Assembly: GCF_036321535.1 (NCBI RefSeq)
Contig: NC_087447.1
Span: 32,738,001-32,802,000 of the forward strand
DNA: 64,000 bases
Source: Camelus dromedarius
Lineage: Eukaryota
Direction: 5' to 3'
Below are positions 37,050-50,416 of the stretch, piece after piece (position 1 is the stretch's first letter; every line of letters starts with the position of its first letter). The translations under genes and the position numbers were made by a program. Below the pieces are notes generated by a model. It had not been told where the DNA came from. It worked only from the letters and a program-made list of their open reading frames with translations, and did not search any database.

Positions 37050-37270
37050 CACTCGATCTTGTATTCTGAGTGCAAGCTCAGCCACTATGTAGTTAATGAA
37101 CTTGGACAAGTCTCTCAGCAAATCTCAGACTCAGTTTTCTCACAGGTAAGATAAGATTTGTTAAACTTCACAGGGCTTTTGTAGGAATCTACAGATAATA
37201 ATTATTACAGATAAGGAGACTGAGATGGTGAAGGTTAGTTTTCCAAGAACAGAGAACTAGTAAGACTACA
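37050..37270. mobile_element. Tail-to-tail pair of MIR fragments
   Basis: Plus-strand core gaacttggacaagtc...ctcagttttctca, then minus-strand core ttacagataaggagactgag. Confidence 0.65.
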
Positions 37271-37759
37271 TAGTTCTTTATTCGGGAAATATTTACTGAA
37301 TACCTGTTATGTGTCTGGCACTGTGTTTTTAAAGGATTTAACATAACGCTTCCAAATAGTAGTTACTTAAACTTTCTTCCTTATCTCCTCTTGGCCACAG
37401 CTCTCTCAATTGCAACAAGGATGTGAGGTCTTGCTAGTCCTTTGGTTCAAAGGACTGCACTGTGGGTGGTAAATCAAGTGGCAGATCTCTCACCTCCATG
37501 CTCTGGACCAAATTATATTGCACAGTAGTACCTGGGGTTCCACTTGGAGAAGCCATTTCTTGCGCCATCATTATTTTTAGTGAAGATGCACAGGGAACTG
37601 TGGTTCAATGTGAATTTTATATAAACTAATCCTGAAGTATTTTCCTAAAGCAACTGTCAGAATTGTTATTTTGAGGGGATGGCAATATCTCATAATTTAT
37701 GAACGCACTCAAAATTTTCATTTCCCTTTTTGAAAACTGTGTATCTTTACACATAGAGT

Positions 37760-38210
37760 GATGGAGCTATTGAAAATTAAACCCTTCCCAACATTTTATG
37801 CAAAAGAATGTTCACCACATCAGCATATATAGAGCAAAGCACTGGAATAACTTATATTTTCAACAATAAGGGATTAATTAAATAATGGGATGCATTACGA
37901 TATTCCTGATGCATTCAAGATGATCAGTAAATATTTATTGAATAAATAGGTAAATATTTAAAGACAGAAAGTTGCTCCTCATGTCTGAAATTTTAAAAGA
38001 AAACAATGATCTAAAATCAGAATGTATTATGTGTTTATATATTACACAATGTATAATGTAATGTAATGTTCAGGCATGTACAGGTCTAGATGGTAGGATT
38101 ACAGGTGGTAGGATTATTATTGTATGTTTCTTTGTACTCCTCAGATTTTCAAATTTTTCTATAATAAAATTTTATAATCAATACAAAGAAAATGGCAGTT
38201 TAAAAAAGTA
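37760..38210 (+). mobile_element. Old L1ME-type 3' end
   Basis: aagaatgttcaccacatcagcat, caacaataagggattaattaaataa, ggtggtaggatta...ttttcaaatttttctataata. Confidence 0.6.
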
Positions 38211-39124
38211 TGCACTTAAGAAAACCCCCACATGCTCACCAAAAAGTCTTGCCAGTTTGGTTGGCCTACATTGTATTTTAGAAAGCATTAAAAACAGATT
38301 AACTTCACCTTATGTAAATCATACTTACGGACTTTTTTCGAAACAAAGGGTATGGTGTTCTTGGATCCAGTTTTCCATGTTACATATCACTCTTTACTGC
38401 CTTAAACCAACCACGTGTCCTCCTTTGTCTTACTCATTTGCCACCTATAGGTCATGACCCCTATTGGCCATGGATAACTACTCATGTCTAAGAAACCTGA
38501 ATTTATGCTTCTCAGATCTGCAGGATTCACCTACAGGCATGCTAAAGGAACTTACTATTCTAGCTTACGTAAATGTTGTTCAGCTGAGATCATCACTGAG
38601 TGAATGTCTACTATGAGGTAGGAAGTGAACTGGAGGATGTTGCTACAGTGGTGATACATGAGGACCTCTGCCTTTGAGAGACTTAAGAAACCATGAAAGA
38701 AATATAAAGATATATAGAGAGAATTTCAATTGAATGTGGTAAGTGAATGCAGTCTGGATACATAGGATGCTACGCTATGCAAACACGGCAGAAGCTGAGG
38801 GTAGGAATTCAAACTAGGCTTCCTGGAGGAAAACATGCTGGAGTTGAATCCTGAATAATCATGATTAACCAAGTGAAAACAAGTGAGAAAACATTTTGCA
38901 ACAAAGAGGCATTTGGAATGTATTATTAGCCATGTACAGCCATGCCAAGACAGGAGTGTGGTTCAGGAGAAAACAAACTAAACTTTGTGAGACTCTGACC
39001 CATGAATGTTTTATTCCAATTGATTACAAAGTATCAGGATCAGCCACAGAAGCTCAGGAGGAAACGAGGTACAGATGACGACAAGGTGCCCAGATGGGCT
39101 ATGTGGGAAGGAGGATGGGGTACT

Positions 39125-39777
39125 GAAACCAAATAGCTTTAAAGAGATTTGTTGATTTACAGTTTCTGAGGTCAGGAATCTGAGAGTGGTTCAGCTTGGT
39201 GGTTCTGACTCAGAGTATCTCATGAGGCTGCAGTTTTAATATTGCCTGGGGCTGTCAACATCTGAAGGTTCCCTGAGGAATATCTGATGTCCTGCCCACT
39301 CACATGGTCATTGGCTGATTTAGTTCCTTGCCACCTCTTGGCTGGAATCTTTAGTTCTTCACCATGTGGGATGTTTCCATATAGGCTGCCTGAGTGTTCT
39401 TACAATGTGACAGCTCACTTCTCCCAGAGTGAGTGATCCAAGAGAGAAAGAGAGAACACACATGCCCAACATGAAAGCCGTAGTCTTGAGGGAGGGGTAG
39501 AGCTCAGTGGTAGACTGCATGCCTAGCATACATGAGGTCCTGGGTTCAATCCTCAGTGCCTCCACTAAAAACAATAAATAAGTAAACCTAATTACCCACT
39601 CCCCCCCTCTAAAAGAAAGCTGTAGCCTTCATAGCCAGTCTCAGAAGTGATATACCATAACTTCCACTGTGTGTTACCAGTAACACAGACCAACCTGGCA
39701 CGTCGCAGAAGGGGACACAGAGACTAAGTAGCAGGACTTGGGGATTGAAGGGGGACTGTTGGAGGCTGGCTACTACA
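39125..39777 (-). mobile_element. MaLR solo LTR (MLT1F-like) containing a SINE
   Basis: acagtttctgaggtcaggaatctg, tctcatgaggctgcagt, cccagagtgagtgatccaagagag, ttggaggctggctactaca. Confidence 0.85.
39488..39614 (+). mobile_element. tRNA-Ala-derived SINE (camelid vic-1-like)
   Basis: agctcagtggtag A box; ggttcaatcc B box (39543-39552); tail aataaataagtaaacctaattacc; 15-bp TSD gaaagccgtagtctt / gaaagctgtagcctt (2 mismatches). Confidence 0.93.
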
Positions 39778-40039
39778 GTGAGTTTTCCAAACCTATTCAG
39801 TGTAGTGTTGGGGACTAAGGCCTAACTAGGTTACAATGGAATAGAGAATGAGCGATGAAGAATTAAGAGACAGGTAACATGGATAAATCTCTTACGATGT
39901 TCTACAGAGGGGAGCAGAATAACGGGACAGAGGCTGAAGGAAGACATAGAATTAAAAGAGATTCATCTCAGTTTCCTCGTTCTTTAGCATCCTCATTGGG
40001 ACTGTCCCAGCAGATTAAGGTTTGGAGGTTTGAAGCTGG

Positions 40040-40260
40040 AGGGATGAAATACATGGTTTAAGAGTACTGAATTTGTTGTCAGCAGAGTTGGCTTCTAGTT
40101 CTTGGTCTGTCACTAGCAAATCACTTGACTTCTTGGAACTTAGTTTAAATAACTGATAAAATGCAAATGATAATGTGCCTACTTCAAATGCTTTTATATG
40201 GCTCAATTGATATTATGTATATGAAAATGCCTTAGAAACAGGAAAGGGCTTCCCCAATGT
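40040..40260 (+). mobile_element. MIR SINE
   Basis: tggtttaagagtactga, gcttctagttcttggtctgtcactag, taatgtgcctacttca, tgtatatgaaaatgc. Confidence 0.7.
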
Positions 40261-40554
40261 GAAGGAAAGCAGCAGCTATTCGTCCATTTGTTTTTACCAG
40301 CACTCACTTCCCTAAGAGAAACTTAGCTTTGTCCGTAGGTGCTCCCTTCTGCACAGAAAATCTGTGTTTTGATCATCCAGTTTTAGATAAAAACAGTAGT
40401 AGCACATGGCTCTTTGCTCATCTTGTAATATAACTAGACATGCTTCTGGTACTTTTCATAGAGTGAAATGTCATACCCACCATGGTGCAATTTCCAAAAT
40501 GTGGCTAAAAAGTACTACTTATGGGCACTGACCAAAGGCTTTACAGTTCATTCC

Positions 40555-40731
40555 TTCTTGATCATGTCTGGGAACACACGAGACTCATCTGAGAAACTTT
40601 AAAAAAAAATACCTTTGGGTGGGATTCGCCTGCAGAAGTTATGATTTAATTAATCTGGGATGGCCCATGTCCATTAGCATTTGTTTACATCACCTCACAT
40701 TTTTCATGTGCAGTCAGGGCAAGAACCACTG
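40555..40731. mobile_element. hAT-Charlie MITE, MER5B-like
   Basis: tgatttaattaatctgggatgg...atgtgcagtcagggcaagaaccactg. Confidence 0.65.
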
Positions 40732-43189
40732 CTCTAAATTATGTACCATCTGCCTCTTTTCTGAGCTGGATCCTTAGATTCTCATTCTCTTGCTGCATCA
40801 CATCACTCAACCTCAGATTCTGTCTGGCAAATTATAAATGGTTTCATGTGCTTGTACTTGGACTGATGGCTGCTAGCCTACGTTGAGGGGCATTATGTGA
40901 AATGGTTCTTTGAAACTTGTTCTATATTTAGAATAAAGACTTCTCTCACTATGTTACAGGGTATCCTTTCTTTAAAAAAAAAAATATGGGAGAAATGTGT
41001 TCTTTTGACACCAAGTAAAAGTTGCTTTCCTGAAGTCACTGGTTCTTTTTCCATCCTCTGACCACTCTGAACCACATAGACAGTAATGTTCCTCTATACC
41101 CATTGGTTGCTAGAAAGATTGAAGACAATTTTGCTCTCCACCTGATGAAAGTTAAGAAGCAAACTATTACTGTATTAAACTCAGTTTGGGTCCCCTGTTA
41201 ATTTTTTAAGTTCTTGAATCTACTAAGATGTATTCATTAACTATCTTAAATCCATTTGAGAACAAAGTGGGCTATGTTCAAACTAAGTGATAAACAAACT
41301 AAAAATAACCTAAGTAGAAGGTTTTATTGTTTGGGTTTTCAGGTGAAATATCTGATCAGACACTCTGCTTTTCATATAAATAAGGCGACCTACCCTCCAA
41401 TTACAGAAGGAAATTTTGATGATTTAAGTGTTTCTAAATTCTCAAGTCTCTATTCACTTTAAAAACACAAGTACACTGGCTTTGCAGAATAAAGAGAAAT
41501 TATGCAACTGAAGATAGGTTACGAGAAACGATGGACCTCTTCCTTACCCTTCTCTTTCTTCGCCCTTCCTTTTCTCGTGGAATCTCTCTCTTTTGAAAGT
41601 GTCTTCCATGTTGAATAGGACAGAATATGTTAAGCAAGATCTAAGCCTTATAGAGATATAAATGTCTCCTATTTTATGACTACTTAATGTATCTGCTGTC
41701 TTTTTCTGCTCAGGGGAATTTTTTTTCTCAGAAGTGCATTTTTAAATCTAATCCTAATCCAATTCAGTCAGACTATCTGGAAGGAAGACCTTGGGCTAAA
41801 TTGTTCCACATTAATTGGAAGAAATAAGTGACTCATCTCCAGGTTATGAAGTAAAGGGGCCAATATGGGTTCTTTTTAGATAATTTAATTATAGTGCATA
41901 GCAAGTGTGTATGTGTGTGGTGGTGGAGAGTGGCTGGTGGAGGGTTAAGTGAGCATTTTCAGTATCTTATCAGCATTCTAATACATGGCATTGAAATGAC
42001 CTACACTCCCAACGTAACAAAATGACATTGTAATCCAGGAAGTTTTAACAGCTGTGTTCATGTAACATCTCTCTGAGGCACCCTGAGTTGAATCTAGGAT
42101 TTGTGGGATAAGCAAATTGCAGCCTTATGTCCTAGAAATCTTCCAGAATTAAGAAAAAAAAATATCTACCTGAATGCCATTCTGGCTTTTTGGTAGACTA
42201 GAAGGCTGAGCAGTTGGGCTTTGTGAATGAACAGGGAATCCCTCACTATGTATCATCTAACTAGTAGCTGTTGAGAAATCCATGCTTTCCTTTGCTAATT
42301 GCCAACCTTTCCTTGTTTATCTCGGCTTTTGTTGCTCCCAGCTTTCCCTGGCTGTGTCAGTTGCAGGATTCCAAGTGCTCTCCCTCACTGTGATATCTGG
42401 TGTGTGAGGAACATCTAGAAAGGCTGCCAGGGACTTCTGGGGAGTGTTGGGGGCTTCCTGAGGGTGTCAGGAGCTGCAGAACCAAGAGGCAAGGAGATAC
42501 TCTAAAAATTTCATCCCCTCTTGTGTTAATACTAATCCGGCTGTGGACACATTTCTGTTCATATTCATACTAAATTCACAACTTCATCTATTTTTAGCAT
42601 CCACAAATTCATCTATTTTTTCATGCATATCTGTCCTGTTATGAAAACGAATAGTTAACCCCAAGTATTTTTTGGGTAACCATTCACCATTTTAAAAGAT
42701 CTCTTTCAGATTTGCCTATTCAAATACCTAACTTTTCCACACTTTCTTATGTGTTGTTTATTACTTGTGACATTTTAGTTTACTTTTAAAATTGCACAAT
42801 TCTTATAGAATTCTAACCAACACTAATCCTTCATACTTACATATATATCCACAGGCATTCCCAATGGGCACAATTCTATTTTGGAAGAATGGCCAGAGCA
42901 AACATCTGTAGACATGTTACGATAATAAAGGTCTGATAGGCATTGTTGATTTCATGATGCTAATTATTGGTTCTCTACCAACCAAAAAAAAAAAAAAAAA
43001 AAGGATAATTCTATTTACAAGAAAAAGGAAACATGTAAAGCAAAAGAACATTTACCTGAAACTGAGTTTAGATTATTTAAATGATATACAATTGTATGTT
43101 CTTGTCTGTAATCAGTTTGAAACGTGATGGATATTTTTCTGTTTTTCTCAGTTGAGTGATATTGAGGTACCAAGGTGCTGGCCACCTTT

Positions 43190-43500
43190 TCCAGATAGAC
43201 ATGGTGGTTGTCTGGTTTGGGAAGGACTTTCCAATAAAGTGACATTAGAGCTACATCCTGAATTATGAAAAGAAGACAGTCATATGAAGATCTGGGTAAA
43301 GGGCATCACAGGTGGAGGGAACCACTATGGCACAGGCCCTTAGGTGGGGTGAAGTTTCCTCCCCTTAGGGTAAGAGCGAGAATTATCAGGAAAAGGACCT
43401 GATACTGTGAAGAAGTAAAAGCCATGGGAGGGAATTTGGGCTTTATCCTAAGAGCCAAGGAAAGGCATAGACTGGTAAAATTTTCTATCCAAGAGACCTG
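43190..43500 (-). mobile_element. L2 fragment
   Basis: aagtgacattagagct, aagccatgggagggaatttgggctttatcctaag. Confidence 0.55.
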
Positions 43501-43734
43501 GAAAATGAACTCCATCATTTAGGGTCCCAGCAGGAGGCAGAAGCAGTCAGCAGGCCTGTCATCACCGCTTAGTGCAGGTGACCATTTGATGAACTGCGGT
43601 GCCGCTGCATGCCGTGCATCACTAGCATCCCAGTCCCCGTTGGCAAGGTGCTTGCCTCTGCTTTCAAGCTCAAGGACACTTCCCAACCAACCTACCACCT
43701 TGTCTTGGGTGCTGTTTTTTTTGGTACCAATTTC

Positions 43735-44290
43735 TGTAACTGTGAAAAGAGATAGAAATCATACTAGCGATTTTAATGGAGAGAATTTACTATAAGGGAT
43801 GGTTAACTATAATTCAGCTAATTAGATGGATAAAAGGTGAAAAAGAGAATTCTAAGGTGATAACAGCAGGAAGCAGTTACTGTGATTGGACTGGGCAACA
43901 GAAGCAAGAGGTCGCACTTGTTAAGGCCTGAAGCAGGGGCTACGTGGAGCTGAAACTCAGAGCTATTGCTTGGCGTGTGCTGCTGGCTCTGGACACAGGA
44001 GGGACTCTGTGGGGCTGGAATCTGGGCCTTTGAGGATGGAAGCCCAGGTAGCTGCTGTGGATGTCTTTGAGAGGACTCGGTGAGGCTATTTCTGTGAGTG
44101 TTAGCAAGACTGAAAACCACATCCAGCTGCTCCTGTGGAAGCAGCTGCTGCCTCGAGGGCGAAGAAGCAGCGATGGGGTGATGATCACAGGAATAGAAAT
44201 GGAAAGGAAGGAGCACGTCTGTCCTCCTTCCTGCAAACTTGTGGTTTGTACACTTCAAGTCCCACCATCGTAAAGCAGAGCCTGGAAGGA
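43735..44290 (-). mobile_element. Probable ancient LTR (LTR78-like)
   Basis: gatagaaatcatactagcgattttaatggagagaatttactataagggatggttaact resembles a recalled terminus; interior uncertain. Confidence 0.4.
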
Positions 44291-45452
44291 TAGAAACTTA
44301 CTAGCTGCCCAGGCACAGCGGTGCAAGTCAGGCAGCACATGAGTGCTTTTCAGAATAGTCCCCAGCTCTCTAAGCTGAGCAGCTAGACATCTCACCCCAA
44401 ACTAATTAACTGCTCTCCTTCTGAAGCTTCCCAACGAGATTTCAGAGTCCCAGATTAACTGACCCCTGCAGTTCAGGTGAGTCTCAAAGGCAAATGTGCT
44501 TAGCCTTTTTCCAGTGCTACAGAACCCAGACAAAGAAGGCCTGGGTGGCGGCAGGCTTCAGAATGGCTCTCGGATGGAGAAGAAGGACCTTTCCCCCCTC
44601 ACACCTCTTATTCTCTGTCGTCCGTGTATGAGATTAGAGCTGTTGCACTGACTGCTAATCAGAAAACGCTTGATTTGGCCTCAGGTGGTCTTTTTAGATT
44701 ATTAGCTCAGGCACCCAACACCTGATTCCTCTTTATCTTTGGAGAAGATTTGATAAAATCCTCTTCTTCCAGGAGGCCTGGGGGCTACTGAGAATTTCAG
44801 TTATGACCAGAGCTAACTTTTTTGCTTCTAGGTGCATGTGTTACAACCAGCACAACCTGCTCTGGCTTCGGTCTGCCTTCATTGTCATCACACATGGATG
44901 CAGCCACAGGGTCCTTGCTGTTCTGTGCCTAGATCGACTTTGTGTTGAAGCGTCTAGAGACTCAGGTGCAAAAGTGTCCTCAAGGAGAGGTTCCTAAGTG
45001 TTACTGAACGCAGGCTACAGAGCTGGTCTCCCGGGTACAGCTTTCTAGAAGGACAGCAGGAAAAGGAGGAGGCAAGGAGATATCCAGCCCTTACTCATTA
45101 TCAGAATTTTTTTTTTTAAAGAAACTCTGAAGTAGGCAATGTTTTCTAAAAGAAAAGCAAAAGTAAGATTATGCCTAAAATGATCGGGAAAGAAGAGTGG
45201 ATCCAGGAATTCAAGTCAAACTGGCCAAAAAATTCCATACCCTTTCCAAAACGAACACCTGCTACTACCTTGCAGGGTGTGGTGAGTGTGGAAGCACGGG
45301 TTGTTAAGAGGCATCATGCACACTGTGCATACTTGTCCGGGCGCTATTTTTCTACAGAGCTCATCAGCTCCTTAGGGGAGAAACAGCCCAGATAAAGGTA
45401 CTTGGCTGCATGTGATGAGGCCAAGCATTCCCATGCATTCCCGCCCCCTTCC

Positions 45453-45668
45453 TTTTTAAAATTTTATTTATTTTTTTATTGAAGTATGGTCAGTTATAGT
45501 GTGTCAATTTCTGGCATACAGCATAATGTCCCAGTGATGCATATATATATATATTTTTTTTCATTTTCATATTCTTTTTCATTGAAGTTTATTACAAGAT
45601 ATTGAATATAGTTCCCTCTGCCATACAGAAGAAATTTGTTTTTATCTATTTTTATATATAGTGTTTAT
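45453..45668 (-). mobile_element. Short 5'-truncated young L1 3' UTR, closely related to 23847-24045
   Basis: Directly similar within this window (gtgtcaatttctg, ttttcatattcttttt, tacaagatattgaatatagttccct); possible decayed TSD cattcc..cccctt at 45436 and 45669. Confidence 0.9.
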
Positions 45669-46439
45669 CATTCCATCCCCTTTTTTGAACCACAACAAAG
45701 ATTGCAGTGTACATGACTTTCTTCTGTAAGATCTTAAAGCTGAAATGTTGCTAAATACTTAATTTGGAGGAGACATAATTGCATTCCAAATGCTGGCATG
45801 AGCTGTGGTCAGAGAAACACCAGACCAGCAATGAGTGTATCTTGCAAAGATGCACTCGTTTAAGTTGATTTTTGATGCTGCTCACAGGTAAAGTCTGTAT
45901 TCAATTTGCAAGCCTTCTCTCAGCTCTGCACTTATAAGGGGGCCTGTGATTTAATCTAACAGGGTAAGCAAAAGGTCATCATGCCACAGATTGAAATACA
46001 GTTTCCTTAAAGGAACGGGGAACTCAGAGATAACAACCCTGAAATCTCCCTCTGTACAGGTGCTAAGGCACAGCTGGGGACAGCGGCATGCGCTCAGAGG
46101 ATTTGCAGAGAGAGCCCAGCCCAAGGCTCTCGTCAGGATGGCGGTGGGGGTAGACTGAGTGGTGGTAGGTGAGCATAACAACCAGCTCACCTTGTCAATG
46201 TTTTCAAAAGGAAACCACCCAAAATGAGGCGATCGGGTAATAATAAGGCTTCATTTTGGTTTGTAGATTATATTTTGCACATTCCTTGTGTCTTCTTCAA
46301 AACCTCCCTGGTTAATAGAGATTATGGGAGTTAAAGGTTTAACTCTAGAAAAGAAGGGCCCAGACTCTTCCCTAAGGCAGTGTGGGGTAGTGGGGTAACT
46401 GGAAGAGAGAAGGCCCAGGAGACACAGTTTCAACAACAT

Positions 46440-47000
46440 ATATATTTATATGCATATATGTATGTTCTTCACAAAAATCCTGAGATGTGATCAGAGAAGA
46501 GAGTATTATCCTCATTTAGAGGTTTAAAAAACTGAAATTTACTGGCTATGACTAGAGCAGAGATGAAATAGCAAAGCTAAACTTTTATCCAGAACCCCTG
46601 GCTCATGCTTCTCACTCTATTAAGTGGCCTGAAGGTAAAGACCATTCATCGTCATCAAAGACATCATCACACCAGTAGCCACAGGCAACGTATTATTAAG
46701 CACGCTGTCTATGCAGCCTCATTTAATCTTCACTACAGCCATACATAAGGTTGCTTGCTTACAAAGGTACGTAAACCCCTCAGGAAAACAGGCTGAGTGT
46801 GACGATGTGGAGCTGGAACCAGAAAGCCGTTGAAGTAAATAACCTTACCCGTGAGGATGGCCAAAGAAAGGTGCTAAGGAAAAGAGTTTGGCATCAGACA
46901 CACCTGGGTTTGGGTCACAGCTCAGGCACTTGCTAATAACCTGAGCAAACTGTTTCACCAGCTTGAGCTTTCTTTTCCTTATCTGTAAATTGGGACATTA
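46440..47000. mobile_element. Cluster of MIR fragments in both orientations
   Basis: gtattatcctcattt...aaactga (minus); tttggcatcagacacacctgggttt...ccttatctgtaaattggg (plus). Confidence 0.65.
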
Positions 47001-47009
47001 CATTGGGTT

Positions 47010-47610
47010 CCTTTGTTTTATATGCACTTGGCTAAAGCTAAGATCTGTGTTTCCTGGGACCCTCTTCACAATATGGTGCTTGGTTAGAGTTGCCTAACAA
47101 AAGGAGAATTTGCTTGAGATTAGGAAGGTGAAGTGTAGCAGAAGTCATTTGTTTCAGGAGATTATCATGATCTGAAGTGGTGATGGATGACTGGAAATGC
47201 CTGACAGTTTCAGCTTGCCTTCTCAATCCTCCATTCCACAGCTAATTCATTTTACTAGTTGGGGGACCTGGTGACCAACAACAGCAGCAGGCCTACAGTC
47301 AGGGGCTTGGCTATTGACAACAAAAGCAACAGCCACACACAGGCAACAGTTTCCCCGAGAGTGACCTCTTTGCAGCTCCACTTTGTGGCCAGATGTGCTT
47401 GACTTCTTGCAGTTATCTGCAAGCTCTGATTTGCCCATCTGTACCAGTGCATGGGTTAGCAATGGTTCCTCTGATCCGCTTCCATCCTCCTAGACTTTCA
47501 CTTTCCCACCTTCTCCCATATTTGTGTAAGGTCTAATTTATATAACAAATGCCTTACTCCTTAATACTTACAATGATTCTGTTTTCTTTATTCTTGACTA
47601 ACCGAAATAT
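47010..47610 (+). mobile_element. Old ERVL LTR (LTR33/LTR50-like)
   Basis: ggttagagttgcctaacaaaagg...tgagattaggaagg; 3' part gtaaggtctaatttatataacaaatgccttactccttaatact...ttctgttttc. Confidence 0.55.
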
Positions 47611-48331
47611 CTCTAATGTTTGTAATCTTGTAACAATTGAATAAAGTTATGTATAAAAAATTCGATATAAAGTAATGGTACAATAGATGGTACCTGTGAT
47701 TATTATCATCTAAATGTTGTATGAACTTCAACTTCATGGTGTTTCTCTTCCTCTTTGTGCTTCTGCTCTATATGTTCACTCTGTCAGTGGTTTTCTTTGT
47801 AATTTCAGCTTGCACATGGTCTTTAGCGGGTGCCTTGAGCAAATCTACTTCAGGAAAAATTCAGCTGCAGCAAACAAATGGTGCTTTGTTCCCTGAGTGT
47901 AGCAGTCCGAATTCCTGAGAGTCATCTGATTGCTCATGTGATTAGATTCTATCAACAAGAATCGTGGATTACCTACTTGTCCTGGTCCTCTGAACTAGCA
48001 TGAAGGTAGGCATATCCTGGTATTTGGACATAATGCACTTGGATACAAAGTCTATTGTATAATAACTGTTCTATTTTCTTGGAGAGCAGACAAGCAATAT
48101 AAAGTAACTATGCTCCAGGACATTCTATGCGGAACAATGCAAAAAGAGAAGCTAAATTGAAAGTATGGCTTGTTGAAAAAATTGTGCTTAGCTCAACTAT
48201 CTTGTAGAGCTGATAAGTTCTTATTTTCTCATATTTAAAATTTTTTATTAAGGTATAATTTGCATGCAGTGAAATGTACAGATCTTCAGGGTGTAGTCTG
48301 ATGAACTTTGACAATTGCACACAGCAGTATT

Positions 48332-48525
48332 TAGCAGTATGCTAGAACTAGCTTATAAAAAGGACTAATTATTAAATATCCCAGATTTTTGCAAGTCAGC
48401 TATTAAACTATTTGTATTTTAAATGTAGCCATGGTAGGAGTATTAATACCAAAAAAAAAAAAATCTAAAAATGCTACAAACTGGGGCTTTTGGTTCCTGA
48501 GATTCAGTTTGTCAGCACACCACTG
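48332..48525 (+). mobile_element. hAT MITE, MER63A-like
   Basis: gccatggtaggagtattaatacca...aatgctacaaactggggctt...cagcacaccactg terminus. Confidence 0.75.
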
Positions 48526-50250
48526 CAAAATCTAGATCTCATCAAGATATCAAATACTACCTTCATGCCAGAAGGATTCTCTTGTTCCTCCCCTCTCTAT
48601 TCCAACCCCTAAGATTCAACAAGTGTAATGATATCCTTCCCTTACATTAGTTGTGCCTCTTCTAGAACGTCACATAAAAATAATAATATAGTAAGTACCT
48701 TTTTGTGTCTGGCATATTTAGCTCAATATAAGGGTTTTGAGATTCATCCATGCTGTGCCAAGTAACAGTAGTGCATTTCTTTCTATTGCTATGTAGCATT
48801 TAATTTTTATAAATACATCAACATTTTAGTCTATGTCTTGTTGCAAGACGCTTGGGCTTCTTCCATCTTCGGGCTATTGCAAGTAAAACCGCTATTAACA
48901 TTCTTGGACAACTCATTTTGTGGACATAATGTTTTTGTTTCTCTTGGGAATCTATCTAGAAGATGAACTACTGGCTCGTAGGGCAGGAATATGCTTATCT
49001 TTATGAAAAATTACCAGGCTGATTACCAAAGACGTTGGATAATTTCACACTCCTGTCATTAACACATAAAAGTTCTGGTTACTCCCAGCCTTGTCGGTGT
49101 CTGTTGTTGTCCGTCCTTTTCCTTTGGCCATTCTGCCTGATGTGTAATGGTATTTCATTGCGGTTCTAATTTTCATTCCCCTGATGACTAACAATGCTGA
49201 GCACTTTTTCATTTTCTCAATGGCCATTCATATATCTTCCTTTGTAAAGTAACTGTGTAAGTATTCTGCCTACTTTTTACTGGATTGTTTGTCTTCTTAC
49301 TGTTGAATTACAGGAGTTTATGTATTCTGAATCCATGTAATTTTTCAGACATAATCATTATAAATACTTTCTCCCAGTCCAGGTCTCACTTACCTATTTT
49401 CTTAATGTATTTTAGTGAACATACATTTTTGATTTTGATAAAATAAATTTTTATCAATTTTTCTAATAAAAAGTTCTGTCTCTATAACTGGGTCCTGTTT
49501 ATTAAATCTTTGTCCCCAAAGTTAACAATGATTTTCTCCTGTGTTTTCTTCTTGCAGCTTAATAATTTTAACTTTTACGTCTATGTCTATACTATTTTTC
49601 AATTAATTTTTGTATATGGTGTCAGGCATGAGTCAAGTTTCTCTTTTTGAAAACATAGGCAGTTGTTCTAACACCATTTTGGGAAAAAATCCTTCTTGTC
49701 CCCATTGATATACTTTGTGGCCTTGATCAAAAATCAGTTGACCGTATAAGTGTGGGTCTACTTGTGGGCTGTCTATACTGTTTCATTGCTCTGTTTGTCA
49801 ATTTATATGCAACTACCACACTATCTTAATTACCATATATTTATATAAATTCTAGAAATAATATAGTCCTTCAACTTTGATCATTTTATTTAAGATTATT
49901 TTGGCTATACCAGGATATTTGCATTTCCATATTAACATTAGAGTAAACTTGCCAACTTTTATAATAAGTAAAATCTGCAGAGATTTTGATTGGGATTATG
50001 CTGAATCTATAGGTCATTTGGGAGAATCTGACATCTTAAAAATACTGAGATTCACAATCCATAAAAATTATATATTACTCCATTTGTTTAGGTCCTATTT
50101 AATTATGTCTTTCAGTGCCTCACATATATTTTGTAAAGCTTATTCCTAATTCATTTATATGTTTTGAATGTCTTGAATTTTTTTTTAATTTTCTGTTGTT
50201 CTCGTTAGCTAGAAATACAACAGATTGGTTTTATTGACCTTGTATCCTAT

Positions 50251-50416
50251 CAGGACTTGCTACATAATTTGCAAGGCTCAGTGCAAAATAAAATTGTGGG
50301 ACCCTTTGTTCAAATTTCAAGATAATGATAGCAGAGTATTAAACCAAGTACAGGGTATTTCTGAGCATGGGACCCAGTGCAACTGCATAGATTACATGGC
50401 TATGAAGCCCACACTG
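50251..50416 (-). mobile_element. hAT-Tip100 MITE, MER45A-like
   Basis: caggacttgctacataatttgcaaggctcagtgcaaaataaaa...ttaaaccaag...tatgaagcccacactg; decayed 8-bp TSD tatcctat / cctcctgc. Confidence 0.85.

Larger units (their letters stand above)
38590..39960 (-). mobile_element. Old L2 fragment hosting an MLT1 LTR
   Basis: actgagtgaatgtctactatg, aggcttcctggagga...gagttgaatcctgaa; resumes after 39777. Confidence 0.55.

Noticed and set aside
39488..39565. tRNA-Ala gene (also 4911-4990)
   Set aside because: Mutated stems and boxes, A-rich tail instead of an oligo-T terminator, and TSDs indicate retroposed SINEs.
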